A DNA stretch of 64,000 nt from the human T2T-CHM13v2.0 reference genome, Homo sapiens (GCF_009914755.1 NC_060925.1); one strand, 5' to 3'. Counted from the first letter of the stretch, positions 1 to 20,713 are shown. The notes: generated by a model not told the origin, from the sequence alone. Numbers and translations are program-made.

Positions 1-42
1 AACTCCTGACCTCAAGTGATCTGCCCACCTCAGCTTCCCAAG
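1..42 (-). mobile_element. Alu fragment running off the window start
   Basis: aactcctgacctcaagtgatctgcccacctcagcttcccaa is an antisense Alu left arm. Confidence 0.8.
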
Positions 43-265
43 AAAACTATGTTATTTAATTCTAACATTGTTCATAGGAAGTAGATACTTAGGAAATATT
101 ATCTCCACTTTATAGATAAGGAAACTTGAACATCAAAAGGTCACACCTGGTCTGTCTCCTGACAATGGATCAGCCTGCTTCCATCCTTTGGGTCTTGAAA
201 GTCTGAGTTGTTGCTATCAAATTATTTCAATCTTCATTTTTTCCCCTGGTTACCAAGTAAATGCA

Positions 266-1321
266 TGTTGTGGGAAGTCAGGGACCCCAAACGGAGGGAC
301 CGGCTGAAGCCATGGCAGAAGAACATGGATTGTGAAGATTTCATGGACATTTATTAGTTCCCCAAATTAATACTTTTATAATTTCTTATGCCTGTCTTTA
401 CTGCAGTCTCTAAACATAAACTGTGAAGATTTCATGGACACTTATCACTTCCCCAGTCAATACCCTTGTGATTTCCTATGCCTGTCTTTACTTTAATCTC
501 TTAATCCTGTCATCTCGTAAGCCGAGGAGGATGTATGTTGCCTCAGGACCCTGTGATAATTGCGTTAACTATACAAATTGTAGAGCATGTGTGTTTGTGC
601 AATATGAAATCTGGGCACCTTGAAAAAAGAACAGGATAACAGCGATGTTCAGGGAACAAGAGAGATAACCTTAAACTCTGACCGCCGGTGAGCAGTCTCT
701 TCTTTCAAAAGCAAATGGGAGAAATATCGCTGAATTCTTTTTCTCAGCAAGGAACATCCCTGGGAAAGAGAATACATGCCTAGGGGTGGGTCTCTGAACT
801 GGCCCCCCTGGGCATGGCTGCCTGCTATGGTCGAGGCTGTAGAGGTGAAATAGACCCCAGTCTCCCATAGTGCTCCCAGGCTTATTAGGACGAGGAAATT
901 CCCACCTAATAAATTTTGGTCAGACTGGTTACTCTCAAACCCTGTATCCTGATAAGATGTTATCAATGACAATGGTGCTCGAAACTTCATTAGCAATTTT
1001 AATTTTGCCCCAGTCCTGTGGTCCTGTGATCTTGCCCTGCCTCCATTTGCCTTGTGATATTCTATTACCTTGTAAAGTATGTGACCTCTGTGACCCACAC
1101 CTATTCGTATACTCCTTCCCCTTTTGAAAGTCCCTAATAAAAACTTGCTGGTTTTGCAGCTTGTGGGACATCACGGAACCTACCGACATGTGATGTCTCC
1201 CCTGGACGCCCAGCTTTAAAATTTCTCTCTTTTGTACTCTGTCCCTTTATCTCTCAAATTGGCTGATGCTTAGGGAAAATAGAAAAGAACCTACGTGACT
1301 ATTGGGGCAGGTTCCCCGATA
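266..1321 (+). mobile_element. Solo MER11 LTR (HERV-K11/HML-8), 1056 bp, probably MER11B/C
   Basis: Starts TGTTGTGGGAAGTCAGGGACCCC and ends GGGGCAGGTTCCCCGATA. Internal repeat tgtgaagatttcatggaca; AATAAA near 1136; 6-bp TSD aatgca at 260-265 and 1322-1327. Confidence 0.92.
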
Positions 1322-1390
1322 AATGCATGCTTACTAAAGGCATTTATAAATAGTGAAAGTTACAAAGAAGAATATAAAAGTCATTTGCAT

Positions 1391-1768
<378 letters not shown>

Positions 1769-1784
1769 TTATTATAGTTAGTGA

Positions 1785-1974
<190 letters not shown>

Positions 1975-2002
1975 GAAATGTTTTCAACTATAAGAGACAG
2001 AC

Positions 2003-2268
2003 ACTGTAATCCCAGCACTTTGGGAGGCCGAGGTGAGTGGATCGTTTGAGCCTAGGAGTTCAAGACTAGCCTGGGCAACATGGCAAAACCCTTGTCTCCA
2101 CACACACAAAAAAACAAAAATTAGCCTGGCCTGGTGGCACACACCTGTAGTCCCAGCTACTGGGGAGGCTGAGGTTGGAGGATTGCTTGAGCCCAGGAGG
2201 CAGAGGTTACAGTGAGCCAAGATCGTGCCATTGCACTTCAGCCACTCTGTCTCAAAAAAAAAAAAAAG
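2003..2268 (+). mobile_element. AluJ, 5'-truncated
   Basis: ctgtaatcccagcactttggg...gtctc followed by poly(A); J-type gattgcttgagccc. Confidence 0.9.
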
Positions 2269-2914
2269 AACAGACAACTTGACTATCAGCACAAAGATCA
2301 GGGGTGTTTTAAAAATAGAGATTTATTTTGCTTGTATAACAAGAAGCCTAGAGGTAGACAGTTGCCACTGCTGGTTTAGTGGTTCAGGAATGAATCACAA
2401 CTTCAAAATGCTCTTGGCCTTTGCCTCATGGTTACAGAATAGCTGCTACAGCTCCAAAAATCACAACCATGTTCAAGGCAGTAAGAAGAAAAGGGAAGGT
2501 ATTAGCATTAACTGTTCCTTTACGAGCTTTACGAGTAATGAAGAGATTTCCCAGAGGTACTTGGCAGACTTGTTTACAACCTACTGGCTATTCTGAGTCA
2601 CAAAGCCGCTTCTACCTTGAAGGGAGGCTGGGAGAACCATTTGCTCCTCCAGAGTCTCTCACCGAGGTGAGTTAGGGGGAAGGAGGTTGGGGATGGGAGT
2701 TAGGTTAGCCAGTCAGAGGTATCTGCTACAGATGCAATGCTGTGATTGGCAGGCCTACTTCACGTGCCCACCTCTGAAACCTTGGTAGACCCTGATTTTC
2801 CACAATCACATGGACTGAAAATGGTGGAGAAAAATTGGGTGCTGTAAGCATAAAAGGGAAATGGATGTTGGGAAGGTGAGAGTAAAAGATGTCCATTACA
2901 TTTTGTATGACATT

Positions 2915-3010
2915 TTACCCTATAACAAATCAACCCCAAACTTAGTAGCTTAAAACATTTATAATTCCTCACAATTCTGTGGCTCAGTTGAGCAATTCTT
3001 CTGTTCTGAG
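2915..3010 (-). mobile_element. Old MaLR (MLT1-type) LTR fragment
   Basis: ctataacaaatcaaccccaaacttagtagcttaaaacattt...ctcacaattctgtgg resembles the antisense MLT1 3' end. Confidence 0.5.
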
Positions 3011-3156
3011 CTGCTTAGATGGCTTATCGGATCACTTTCATGAGTTCAAATAATAATTGCTACTATTAACTGGGTACCTACTATTTATTAGATGGTGACA
3101 TTAGTCCACTTAAATACTTCGTCACACTTTCCTCCTTCTCCTATTCCTGATATCTG

Positions 3157-3158
<2 letters not shown>

Positions 3159-3200
<42 letters not shown>
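3159..3200. repeat. (TG)n/(TA)n microsatellite
   Basis: Seen directly. Confidence 0.95.
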
Positions 3201-3512
<312 letters not shown>

Positions 3513-3954
3513 AGTCTGCTAGTATATGTTGAAGTATGTGTATTCAGTTGAGGTATACTATGTTCAAATGTAAGTAATAATTTTAGAGGTTCAGCATTAG
3601 GCGCTCCACATAGATGGTTTTGTAAAATCCTCACCACAACCCTATAAGGTTTGGAGCACATCTGGTTGCAGCACAGTTTTTCTATTGATTTTTATTAGAG
3701 GGGAAAATTCCCATTATACTTCTGTGAAGCTTCTGGAATTAAGATAATTAAAGAGGATCCTAACATTGCAAGATTTAAAATACTGCTACAATTTACAACT
3801 ACTTATTTGTGGAATCAGGATTTTTTTTTCTGAGTAACCAAAATAAAATTCAGAAATAAATAGGACACATGAGATTGTAACTATCATCTAACATCTCAAT
3901 TTCAAATTTATCTAGCGACCTCTTGAATTAGAGTTATTTGCTTTAATATGTTAA

Positions 3955-4953
<999 letters not shown>

Positions 4954-5059
4954 ATATTTAGTCATGTATTACACCATTTTTTTCTGTTTTATATATTGGG
5001 GTTCTGCATGAAATTGAAGTTTGAATTTTCCTTTGCTCTCCCATTATCTCGCTTGATCT

Positions 5060-5255
5060 CACAAAAGCCCTGCATAATCAAGATATTAGTATTATTCCCA
5101 TTTTACAAATGAAAAAACAGAGGCTCAGAGAGGTTAACTGACTTGCCCAAGGTAAATAAGCAAACAGACAAGCAGGTACGTGGCACAGCTGGGACTTGAA
5201 ACCAGTTCTTCCAACTGCAAATTTGAACTTCATTCCATTGTACCATGCTGCTCTC
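5060..5255 (-). mobile_element. MIR
   Basis: Core cccattttacaaatgaaaaaacagaggctcagagaggttaactgacttgcccaagg. Confidence 0.85.
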
Positions 5256-6277
5256 TCCATTCATTCCCAAGCTGCCGGGAATATGTGTACTAAGGCTGGT
5301 CCCACTCAAAGGGCACTCGGATCCAGGACAGACAGAAAACGGCCCATTTTGGGTGGAGGGTGGGAGGAAGCAAAAACAGCAGCAGCAATAGCTTCCTGGG
5401 CCCCGAGAATTCTCCCCAAGGGCCCAGCAGGCTGTTTGAAGAGTGTTAGCAAGTTTTCTCCCTCAAATCTAAACACCTCAATACTCCACCCAGGAGTCAG
5501 GAGGGGTGAACTCATAGGGATTTCTACCCTGCCAGGAGCTCCGAGAGAGGGAGAGGAACCCGAACCACTCTCTAAAGCCATTCTGCAAACCCTGCTTATT
5601 CTCACTTTGGCTAAGTGTATTGAGGTGACTGGCTCTTTTCCAGGGTGGAACATTAATGCTTCCTTTGGTTTTGGAGGCTTGAGTTGAGGCAGGAAGATAT
5701 AACTTTGGCCCTATGAGCTCTTTGAATTGCACCCTAGTCATCTTCTAGAGTGAGAATTATTAGGTGTGTGACCAGCCTCACTTATGGACATTTGCACTGT
5801 CCACTCACTGTCAGGGGTGCGCTAATGGGTATTAATTAATAGGTATGCACTGCCCCGATGCTTCCTGTTTCAGAGCCTTGGGTCCCCCGTGGCAAGGTGG
5901 AGTGAAGGAAATATCAGCCACCACTCCCCGCTCCTCTCCCAGGTGGTCTGCTAGGCTGGCACTCGGTGAAGCTTTGTGCTTTGTGTCATTCATTGCATTT
6001 TGTGTATGAATTGCTCTTTGCAGTTTAAAGCCACCTCTTTCCTGGTAGTGAAACACACCTAGGAAGTTCCACCTCCTCTCCAAATGTCGTCTTTTCAGAA
6101 TTATAGTCTCCTCCTCCTGAGACCACTGTTACCTTGAATGCTGCTCCACTCCCAACCGCATGTTTTCAGGCAGAGCTGCCCTTTCTTACCTAACTACACC
6201 CCCTTGCCAGGTTTGACTGGACCAGAAGTCAGCATTCCCTGGGTGTTATAAACTGAAATTCACTGTTGATGGAGTTA

Positions 6278-6480
6278 TAACAGCTAATATTTACTGAGCA
6301 CTGTTCTAAGCCCTTTACTGATACTAATTCACTTAATCTTTACTCCAATCTTATGAGTTAGTCATTCTATTAGCCTAATTTGCAGATGAAGAAACTGAGG
6401 CACAGAAGGTTTAAGTAACTTGCTCAAATTTACTCAGCTAGAAAGCAGCAGAGTTAGGATTCAAACCTAGGGAGTCTAGT
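6278..6480 (-). mobile_element. MIR
   Basis: ttgcagatgaagaaactgaggcacagaaggtttaagtaacttgctcaa. Confidence 0.85.
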
Positions 6481-6880
6481 GTGCCCCCTCCTCCCTCACT
6501 ACTTTTCCCCTTCTCTTTTATAAAGTTTTCAACAGACAGAAAGGTAGGCAGAATTCTATAATGAATTCCCATACACCTGTCACCTCAATGTAACAACTGT
6601 CAACATTTTGCCATATTTGCTTCATCTATTTTTTTAAGTCTCTATTAGATAAAGATTTTTAAAAATAACATGCCATGATACCATGATCACACTGTAAATC
6701 AATAGCAATTTCTTCATATTATCTAATAGTCCATGTTCAATTTTTTTCTGATAATATCAAAAAATACAGTTTTTAAATTTAAATTAGGATCAAAAATTGA
6801 TACATTGCATTTGGTTGAAACATCTCTCAAGTCTTACATTATAGATTATGTTTTAATCTATAACACTCCCGCCCAATTTT

Positions 6881-7198
<318 letters not shown>

Positions 7199-7339
7199 TC
7201 CCGCCCTATTTTCTAAAATAATTAATTTGTGGAAGAAACTCAACCGTTTGTCCTGTAGTATTTCTCACACTCTGGATTTGGCTGCTTGTATTCATGTGAT
7301 ATTGTTCAGCATCTATTCTACTGTAAAGTGGTAGTTAGA

Positions 7340-7766
7340 TGCAGAGTACTGATTAGCGGAGCACACACTAGATGCTTCTCCATCTCGCTGGGCATTCATT
7401 TCTACATGCCAAAGGTTAGCATTTTACTGCCCAAGGACTTCTTCCTCACCATGAAGCACACTTACTTATGCTCTAGGCAAGTCAGGAATGCAGGAGAATT
7501 AATCTCCCCAGAAGCAAACCTCAACCAATAGCCAGGGATTTGGTGCATAATACCTCGGCTTCCTTATCTCGCAGTTGGAACAGCTCTGAAATTTGCTCTA
7601 CATTGTCTGCCAAAGTTCCCCAGTGAGGCTGAGCTCCAGCTGCCCACAGTGGACCTGTCTTACTTTCCTACTCCATTATGGAAGTTTTCTGGCGTCATCT
7701 CCCAAATAAACTACTTAAAGTGAATCCTAGTCTCAGGATCTTCTTCTAGGCTTACACAAACTGACA
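7340..7766 (+). mobile_element. LTR16-family (ERVL) solo LTR
   Basis: 3' end ctcccaaataaactacttaaagtgaatcctagtctcaggatc...aaactgaca. Confidence 0.7.
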
Positions 7767-8046
7767 ACTAGATTCTGCTTCACATCCTTTGAATGAATAC
7801 TTCAAAGGTTGTGTTGTATAGTTTCTATTGCCTTGTATTAGGGGAAATGTGATGTTCAGTTGTCCTACTTTTGTTGAAGTAAAGATTAATTAGTGGGTTC
7901 AAGTAATGTCAGCCTGATCCATTTATCATAAATTTCCCAACAACTTATTTCTTATTTTCAGCACGAATTATAATGATGGTGGTATTCTATTTCAATAATT
8001 CCTTCTGAAATTATTAGCTGTGGTTCTTCTATTAAAAATAACTTAT

Positions 8047-9537
8047 TGAGGGGTGCCTCTGCCCGGCCACCCCTACTGGGAAGTGAGGAGCCCCTCAGCC
8101 CGGCCAGCCACCCCGTCCGGGAGGGAGATGGGGGGGTCAGCCCCCCGCCCGGCCAGCCGCCCCGTCCGGGAGGGAGGTGGGGGGGTCAGCCCTCCGCCCG
8201 GCCAGCCGCCCCGTCCGGGAGGTGAGGGGCGCCTCTGCCCGGCCGCCCCTACTGGGAAGTGAGGAGCCCCTCTGCCCGGCCAGCCGCCCCGTCCGGGAGG
8301 GAGGTGGGGGTGTCAGCCCCCCGCCTGGCCAGCCGCCCTGTCCGGGAGGGAGGTGGGGGGGTCAGCCCTCCGCCCGGCCAGCCGCCCCGTCTGGGAGGTG
8401 AGGGGCGCCTCTGCCCGGCCGCCCCTACTGGGAAGTGAGGAGCCCCTCTGCCCGGCCAGCCGCCCCGTCCGGGAGGGAGGTGGGGGTGTCAGCCCCCCGC
8501 CCGGCCAGCCGCCCCGTCCGGGAGGGAGGTGGGGGGGGTCAGCCCCCCCGCCCGGCCAGCCGCCCCGTCCGGGAGGTGAGGGGCGCCTCTGCCCAGCCAC
8601 CCCTACTGGGAAGTGAGGAGCCCCTCTGCCCGGCCAGCCGCCCCGTCCGGGAGGGAGGTGGGGGTGTCAGCCCCCCGCCCGGCCAGCCGCCCCGTCCGGG
8701 AGGGAGGTGGGGGGGGTCAGCCCCCCCGCCCGGCCAGCCGCCCCGTCCGGGAGGTGAGGGGCGCCTCTGCCCGGCCGCCCCTACTGGGAAGTGAGGAGCC
8801 CCTCTGCCCGGCCAGCCGCCCCGTCCGGGAGGGAGGTGGGGGTGTCGGCCCCCCGCCCGGCCAGCCGCCCCGTCCGGGAGGGAGGTGGGGGGGGTCAGCC
8901 CCCCCGCCCGGCCAGCCGCCCCGTCCGGGAGGTGAGGGGCGCCTCTGCCCGGCCGCCCCTACTGGGAAGTGAGGAGCCCCTCTGCCCGGCCACCACCCCG
9001 TCTGGGAGGTGTGCCCAACAGCTCATTGAGAACGGGCCTGGATGACAATGGCGGCTTTGTGGAATAGAAAGGCAGGAAAGGTGGGGAAAAGATTGAGAAA
9101 TCGGATGGTTGCCGTGTCTGTGTAGAAAGAAGTAGACATGGGAGACTTTTCATTTTGTTCTGCACTAAGAAAAATTCCTCTGCCTTGGGATCCTGTTGAT
9201 CTGTGACCTTACCCCCAACCCTGTGCTCTCTGAAACATGTGCTGTGTCCACTCAGGGTTAAATGGATTAAGGGCGGTGCAAGATGTGCTTTGTTAAACAG
9301 ATGCTTGAAGGCAGGGTGCTCGTTAAGAGTCATCACCAATCCCTAATCTCAAGTAATCAGGGACACAAACACTGCGGAAGGCCGCAGGGTCCTCTGCCTA
9401 GGAAAACCAGAGACCTTTGTTCACTTGTTTATCTGCTGACCTTCCCTCCACTATTGTCCCATGACCCTGCCAAATCCCCCTCTGTGAGAAACACCCAAGA
9501 ATTATCAATAAAAAAATAAATTTAAAAAAAAAATAAT
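8047..9537 (+). mobile_element. SVA_F-type retrotransposon, 5'-truncated within the VNTR
   Basis: GC-rich VNTR about 8047-9010; SINE-R about 9010-9510 ending gaattatcaataaaaaaataaattt(A)n; TSD aataacttat at 8037-8046 and 9538-9547. No hexamer or Alu-like domain. Confidence 0.95.
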
Positions 9538-9548
9538 AATAACTTATA

Positions 9549-9931
<383 letters not shown>

Positions 9932-10133
9932 TCATATTTTCCCACCTTTGACTACTGAGAGCCCAATCAAGTTGACTGTTGTGTCTATCTGACATTACCC
10001 CAAAGTCTTCAAGAGCTTCCTTGATTTTAGACAAGGCTTATCTTGTGCATTTCCAGCTCCAGCCAGGAGTTAAGCCTTTCTCCCAACAGCCCTGGTTCCT
10101 TTTAGTGGAAAATGGTATTTGAGAACACAACAT

Positions 10134-11080
<947 letters not shown>

Positions 11081-11308
11081 TTAAAATATATATGACAGAA
11101 TTTGCACTTAACTTTCTGGTTTTTGCAAATTCTGTCATATATATTTGCATATATTTGCATCTCATTTGATTTGTATCGCTTGTCTCTTATTCTGAAAATT
11201 TTAGATCTTAAAAACGTGAATATAATGACTTGTTTTTTGCTTTACCTCACTATATATACATATATTCATGTGTATATGTGTTTATATGTGTGTATATATG
11301 TACATGAA

Positions 11309-11660
11309 TGTGATAGACTGCATCAGTGGCCCTAATTCTTCACCTCTTTCTGCATCTATACCCTTTTTCAGTCTTTCACTAAAGAAGTCGAGTCTGTTTT
11401 ACCAACCCTTGAGTCTGGGCTGGCCTTGTGCCAAGCTTCGGCCAATAGAATGAAGCAGAAGTGATGGTGTGCCAGTTCCAAGCCCAGGCTTTAAGGATCC
11501 TTTGCTATTTCTAGTTATTAACTTGTACCTCCACCAACACCTGGAGAACACACCTGGATAGACCTGCTGGAGACAAGTGGAGCAGATCTGAGTCCACCCA
11601 GTCAGTCCAGCATGGCTAACCTAGATCAGCCAACAGCTAGTTGGTTCTTCTATTATTGAG
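11309..11660 (+). mobile_element. Old MLT1 (H/I/J-like) LTR
   Basis: ccttgagtctgggctggccttgtg...ggccaatagaatgaagcagaagtgatggtgtgccagttccaagccc. Confidence 0.7.
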
Positions 11661-11706
11661 TGTGGAACATATAAGCAATTATATATGTGTATTCCTATCT
11701 TCCTCT

Positions 11707-12152
11707 CTATTATTTTCCTAGGGATGCCATAACAAAGCACCACAAACTGAGTGGCTTAAAACAATAGTAATTTATTCTTTCATAAGTCTGCAGGCTGGAA
11801 GTCAGAAATGTAGGTGTTGGCAGGGCTGTGCTCCCTGCGAAGGCTGTAGGGAAGAATCCTTCCTTGCCTCTTCCTAATTTCTGATGGTTGCTGGCAACCC
11901 TTAGTGTTCCTTGGTTTGCAGCCTCTTTCATCACCTGGCCTTCCTCTGTGTCTCTGTGTCTCTGTGTCTAAATGTCCCTCTTCTCATAAGGACACAAGTC
12001 ATTGGATTAGGGCCTACCCTAATCAAGGATGACCTTATCTTCACTTGATAATACCTGCAAAGATTCTATTTCCAAATAAAGTCATATTCACAAGTACTGG
12101 GGACTCGGACTTGAACATATCTTTTTGGGGGACACGATTCAATCCACAATAC
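11707..12152 (-). mobile_element. MLT1C-like MaLR LTR
   Basis: gccataacaaagcaccacaaactgagtggcttaaaacaa...gggacacgattcaatccacaa. Confidence 0.85.
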
Positions 12153-12377
12153 CTCCTCTAACTTTTTATACAAAATAGCAGCATATTATTCATAGTCTTC
12201 AGTGCTTTCCAGAGTCCACATGGTTCTGGCATGACCTGGTTTCTGTTTCTTAAGATCAATTTGGCAGAAGTATAGAGGCTGAATTGGAGGCAGCAAGTCA
12301 AGGAAGGCCATTAGGAAGACACTTTCACATGTTGAGGTGAAAGATAATGAGTGACTGTCTTAAGAAAGTTCAATATC

Positions 12378-12705
<328 letters not shown>

Positions 12706-12769
12706 TCAACATCCTTATGGACAACTTCTCCAACACTTTAAAGCTTCCTACTCCTTCTCAGCTACCTGC

Positions 12770-14430
<1,661 letters not shown>

Positions 14431-15021
14431 CAGTAGGTTATTCAGCTTCTCTAGCTAAGGATTTTTACTATCTGGACAGGGGTACCCATAGTCATGCTCC
14501 TGACTCTGCCTGGACTCTTCTTGCTGTACCTGGAAGCTTGTGCTTCCCACTCCTGAAAAAGAAGTGGCTAATCTCTTGTCATTCCTGCTTCACAGCACGC
14601 CCCTCCCACTACCCCCAACATCTGGCTCTGCCTAATGAAATGCTGGATTATTAATGGCTCCTATTCAGCATGTCCAGTTAAAGCCACCTCCCACAGCTGT
14701 TTGAATCTCATCAGAGGCTTCGGCAAGCTTTCTATCCCCAAATCTTTCAGCCCCAAAGCCACATTTGGAGGGGAGATTTCAATAAGGAACGTTCAGGTCA
14801 GTAGCAGCCTATCTGCAGGCTGGTTTCCCCCTCTGTCCCTTCATTTCTATGTGTGGAGGAAGCAAGTGGGAGCCGTGGAGGGAGCCAGGATGACAAAGGG
14901 AACGCAACGATCCATTATTTCCTCTCAGAACAAATTAATTTGTGTCTAAGGAAATCTGAGTCAAGCTTTACTGGAGGGGCTGGAGACAGCAGAAGGGATG
15001 TAAGATGAAAAATGAAGGCCT

Positions 15022-15369
<348 letters not shown>

Positions 15370-15477
15370 TCAGTTGCCTATTCTTCCTACCTCTGCTGCT
15401 TGGAGACTATTGCTGGAGGGCTCAAAGGACCATCTCTTCCTTCTACTTAATACATTCTGAGGCCAGTTGGTTTCCTT

Positions 15478-15792
15478 TATTCTTTTTTTTTTCTTTTTGT
15501 GGCTGGGTCTTGCTGTGTTGCCCAGGCTGGAGTGCAGTGTTGGAATCATAGCTCACCACAACCTCGACTTCCTGGGATCAAGCAATTTTCCCAGTCTCTT
15601 GGGTAACTCAGTCTCTTGGGTAGCTGGGACTACAGGCACATGCCACCATGCCTGGCTAATTTTTTATTTTTTGTAGAAAGAAAGTCTCACTATTTTTCCC
15701 AGGCTGGTCTTGAGCTCTTAGGCTCAAGCAATCCTTCTGCCTCAGCCTCCCAAAGTGCTGGGATAATAGGTGTGAGCCACCGCTCCCAGTCA
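15478..15792 (-). mobile_element. AluJ
   Basis: Diverged antisense dimer with ggctcaagcaatcct. Confidence 0.9.
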
Positions 15793-16182
15793 GCTTCCTT
15801 TGCTAACTCTTGTCAGCTCTGGGATTGGCATAATTTTTGTCTCTATGGAAAGTTGATGGCCGGAAAGTTGATGGTGGGACATTACTGTGGGCCCTGGCAC
15901 CAGCAGGATCTAGATATGCCTTTGGACAAGTTATGCTCTTCTCTGGGCCTCAGTTTCCTAATTGATAAATCAGGAAGTAGAATCTCAGGCAGGTTTACTT
16001 CACATGGCTGTTGTGAGGGTAAAGTGTTACCTGGTACATTGCCTGCTTATTCACCAGACCATCTCAGAGTTATCCTGTTCCTAGAACCTGAGAAAGTCTC
16101 TGACATGTAGTAGGAGCTCAATGAAACATGTTACATTCGTCAATTCTTGCATTGCTATAAAGAAATAACTAAAACTAGAACA

Positions 16183-16183
16183 T

Positions 16184-16222
<39 letters not shown>

Positions 16223-16508
16223 TTTTTGAGATGGAGATCTCGCTCTGTTGCTCAGGGTAGAAGAAATGGCATGATATCGGCTCACTGCAACCTCTGCCTC
16301 CCAGGTACAAGTGATACTCCTGTCTCAGCCTCCTGAGTAGCTGGAATTACAAGTGCCCGCCACAATATCTGGCTAATTTTTGTATTTTAGTAGAGATGGG
16401 GTTTCACCAGGTTGGCCAAGCTGGTCTCCAACTCCTGACCTCAGGTGATCCACCTGCCTCAGCCTCCCAAAGTGCTGAGATTACAGGAGTAAGCCACCAC
16501 GCCTGGCC
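16183..16508 (-). mobile_element. AluS in the left MSTA LTR
   Basis: (ttta)n tail; LTR resumes at agactgggtaattt. Confidence 0.95.
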
Positions 16509-18382
16509 AGACTGGGTAATTTGTTAAAGAAAAGAGGTTTAATTGGCTCACAGTTCTGCAGGCTGTACAGGAAGCATGATGCTGACATCTGCTTAGCTTC
16601 TGGACAGGCCTTAGGAAACTTACAATCATGGCGGAAGGCAAAGGGGAAACAGGCATGACTTACATGGCCAGAGCAAGAGCAAGAATGAGAGAGGGGATGT
16701 GCTACACACTTTTAAATTAGATCTTGTTAGAACTCTATCACTATACAGTACCAAGGGGGGATGGTGTTAAACCATGAGAAACTGCCCCCATAATCCAATC
16801 ACTTCCCACCAGATCCCACCTCCAACACTGGGGATTACAATTTGACATGAGATTTGGGTGGGGACACAGATCCCCACCCATATCATTCTGGCACTGGTCC
16901 CTCCCAAATCTCATGTCCTTCTCACATTGCAAAATTCAATCACATCTTCCCAACAGTTCCCCGAAGTCTTAACTCATTCTAGCATTAACTTAAAAGCCCA
17001 AAGCCCAAAGTCTCATCTGAAACAAGGCTAGTCCCCTCTACCTATGAGCCTGTAAAATAAAAAACAAGTTAGTTACTTCCAAGATACAATGGGGGTATAG
17101 ACATTGGGTAAACATTCCCATTCCAAAGGGGAAAAATCAGCCAAAGAAAGGGGCTATAAGCCCCACATAAATCTGAAACCCTAAAGGGCAGTCATTAAAT
17201 CTTAAAGCTCCAAAATAATCTCTCTTTACCTCATGTCTCACATCCAGGACACACTGGTATGAGGGGTGGGTTCCCAAGGCCTTGGGCAGCTACACTCCTG
17301 AAGCTTTACAGGGTTCAGACCCCATGACTACTCTCATGAACTGGCATTGAGTGCCTGTGGTTTTTCCAGGTGCAGGGTGCAAGCTGCTGGTGGATCTGCC
17401 ATTCTGGGGTCTGGAGGATGGCGGCCACTTTCTTACAGCTGCACTAGGCAGTTCCCCAGTGGGGATTCTGTGTGGGGGCTCCAATCCTGCAGCAGGCTTC
17501 TAGGTAGACATCCAGGCTCTCCTCTGCACCACCCTAGTAGAGGTTCTCCATGAGGGCTCTGCCCTTGCAGCAAGTTTCTGCCTGGACATCTAGGCTTTTT
17601 CATAATCCTCTGAAATCTAGGCAGAGGCTCCTAAGCCTCAACTCTTGCACTCTGAGCACCTGCAGGCTTAACACCATGTGGAAGCCACCAAGGCTGATGG
17701 TTTGCACCCTCTAAAGCAGTGCCCTGAGCTGTACATGGGCACCTTTGGGCCAAGATTGGAGCTGGAGTGGCTGGCACACAGGGAGCAGTGTCCCAAGGCT
17801 TCCACAGGGTGTGGGGCACTGGGCCTGGCCAGGAAACCATTCTTCCCTCCTAGACCTCCAGACCTGTGATGGGAGGGGCTTCCCAGAAGGGCTCTGAAAT
17901 ACCTTCAAGGCCTTTTCCCCATTTTCTTGGCTATTAGCACTTGGCTCCTCTTTACTTATGTATATTTCTACAGCCTGCTTGAATTTCTCCCTTGAAAATT
18001 GGCTTTTCTTTTCTACTACATGACCACACTGCAAATTTTCCAAATTTTAATGCTCTGCTTCCCTTTTAAATGTAAGTTCCAATTTCAGGTTATTTCTGTG
18101 TTCATGTGTATGGACATAGGTTGTTAGAAGCAGCCAGGCTACATCTTGAACACTTTGCTGCTTAGACATTTCTTCTGCTGGATACCCTAAATCATCTCTC
18201 TCAAGTTTAAAGTTCCATATATGCCTAGGGCAGGGGCAAAATCCAACCAAGCTCTTTGCTGAAGCATAGCCAAAGTGACCTTTATTTCAGTTCCCATTAA
18301 GTTCTTCCTCTCTCTCAGACCTCCTCAGCCTGTACTTCGCTGTCCATATCACTATCAGCATTTTGGCTACAAGAATTTAGCA

Positions 18383-18910
18383 CAGCAGTGTCCAATCTTT
18401 TCACTTCCCTGGGCTGCACTGGAAGAAGAAGAATTGTCTTGGGCCACACATAAAATACACTAATACTAACAATAGCTGATGAGCTAAAAAAAATCACAAA
18501 AACATTCCATAATTTTTTTTTTTTTTTTGAGATGGAGTCTCGCTCTGTTGCCAGGCTGGAGTGCAGTGGTATGATCTCGGCTCACTGCAACCTCTGCCTC
18601 CTGGGTTGAAGTGATTCTCTTGCCTCAGCCTCCCAAATAGCTGGGACTACAGGCACACACCACCACACCCTGCTAATTTTTGTATTTTTAGTAGAGATGG
18701 AGTTTCACCATGTTGGCCAGGATGGCCTCGATCTCTTGACCTCATGATCCACCCACTTTGGCCTCCCAAAGTGCTGGGATTAAGGTGTGAGCCACTGCGC
18801 CCAGCCAACATTTCATAATGTTTTAAGAAAGATTATGAATTTGTGCTGGGCTGCATTCAAAGCCATTCTGGTTTGCGTGTGGCCCATGGGCTGCTGGTCG
18901 GAGAAGCTTG
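18383..18910 (+). mobile_element. MER30 (hAT-Charlie) nested in MSTA-int
   Basis: cagcagtgtccaatcttttcacttccctggg...ggtcggagaagcttg; 8-bp TSD atttagca/atttaaca at 18375-18382 and 18911-18918. Confidence 0.9.
18514..18806 (-). mobile_element. AluSc nested in MER30
   Basis: TSD aacatt(c/t)cataat. Confidence 0.95.
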
Positions 18911-19083
18911 ATTTAACACATCTCTAGGAAGTTCCAAAGTTTCCCTCATCTTCCTGCCATCTTCTGACCTTCCACACTGTTCCAGCCTCTTTCCATTACC
19001 CATCTCCAAAGGTGCTTCCACATTTTCAGGTATCTTTATAGCAATGCCCCACTCCTTGGTACCAGTTTTCTGTGTTAGTTTGT

Positions 19084-19757
<674 letters not shown>

Positions 19758-19771
19758 AAGGAATTATTTTA

Positions 19772-20713
<942 letters not shown>

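Noticed and set aside
331-500. Roughly 90-bp tandem duplication in the first LTR
   Set aside because: Intrinsic to the MER11 consensus.
8053-9519. Pro/Gly/Arg-rich repeated ORFs and a CpG-island-like stretch
   Set aside because: Translations of the SVA VNTR and SINE-R; not a gene, promoter island or CRISPR-like array (no unique spacers).
14930-14943. Perfect 14-bp palindrome acaaattaatttgt
   Set aside because: A short AT-rich palindrome is expected by chance in 64 kb.
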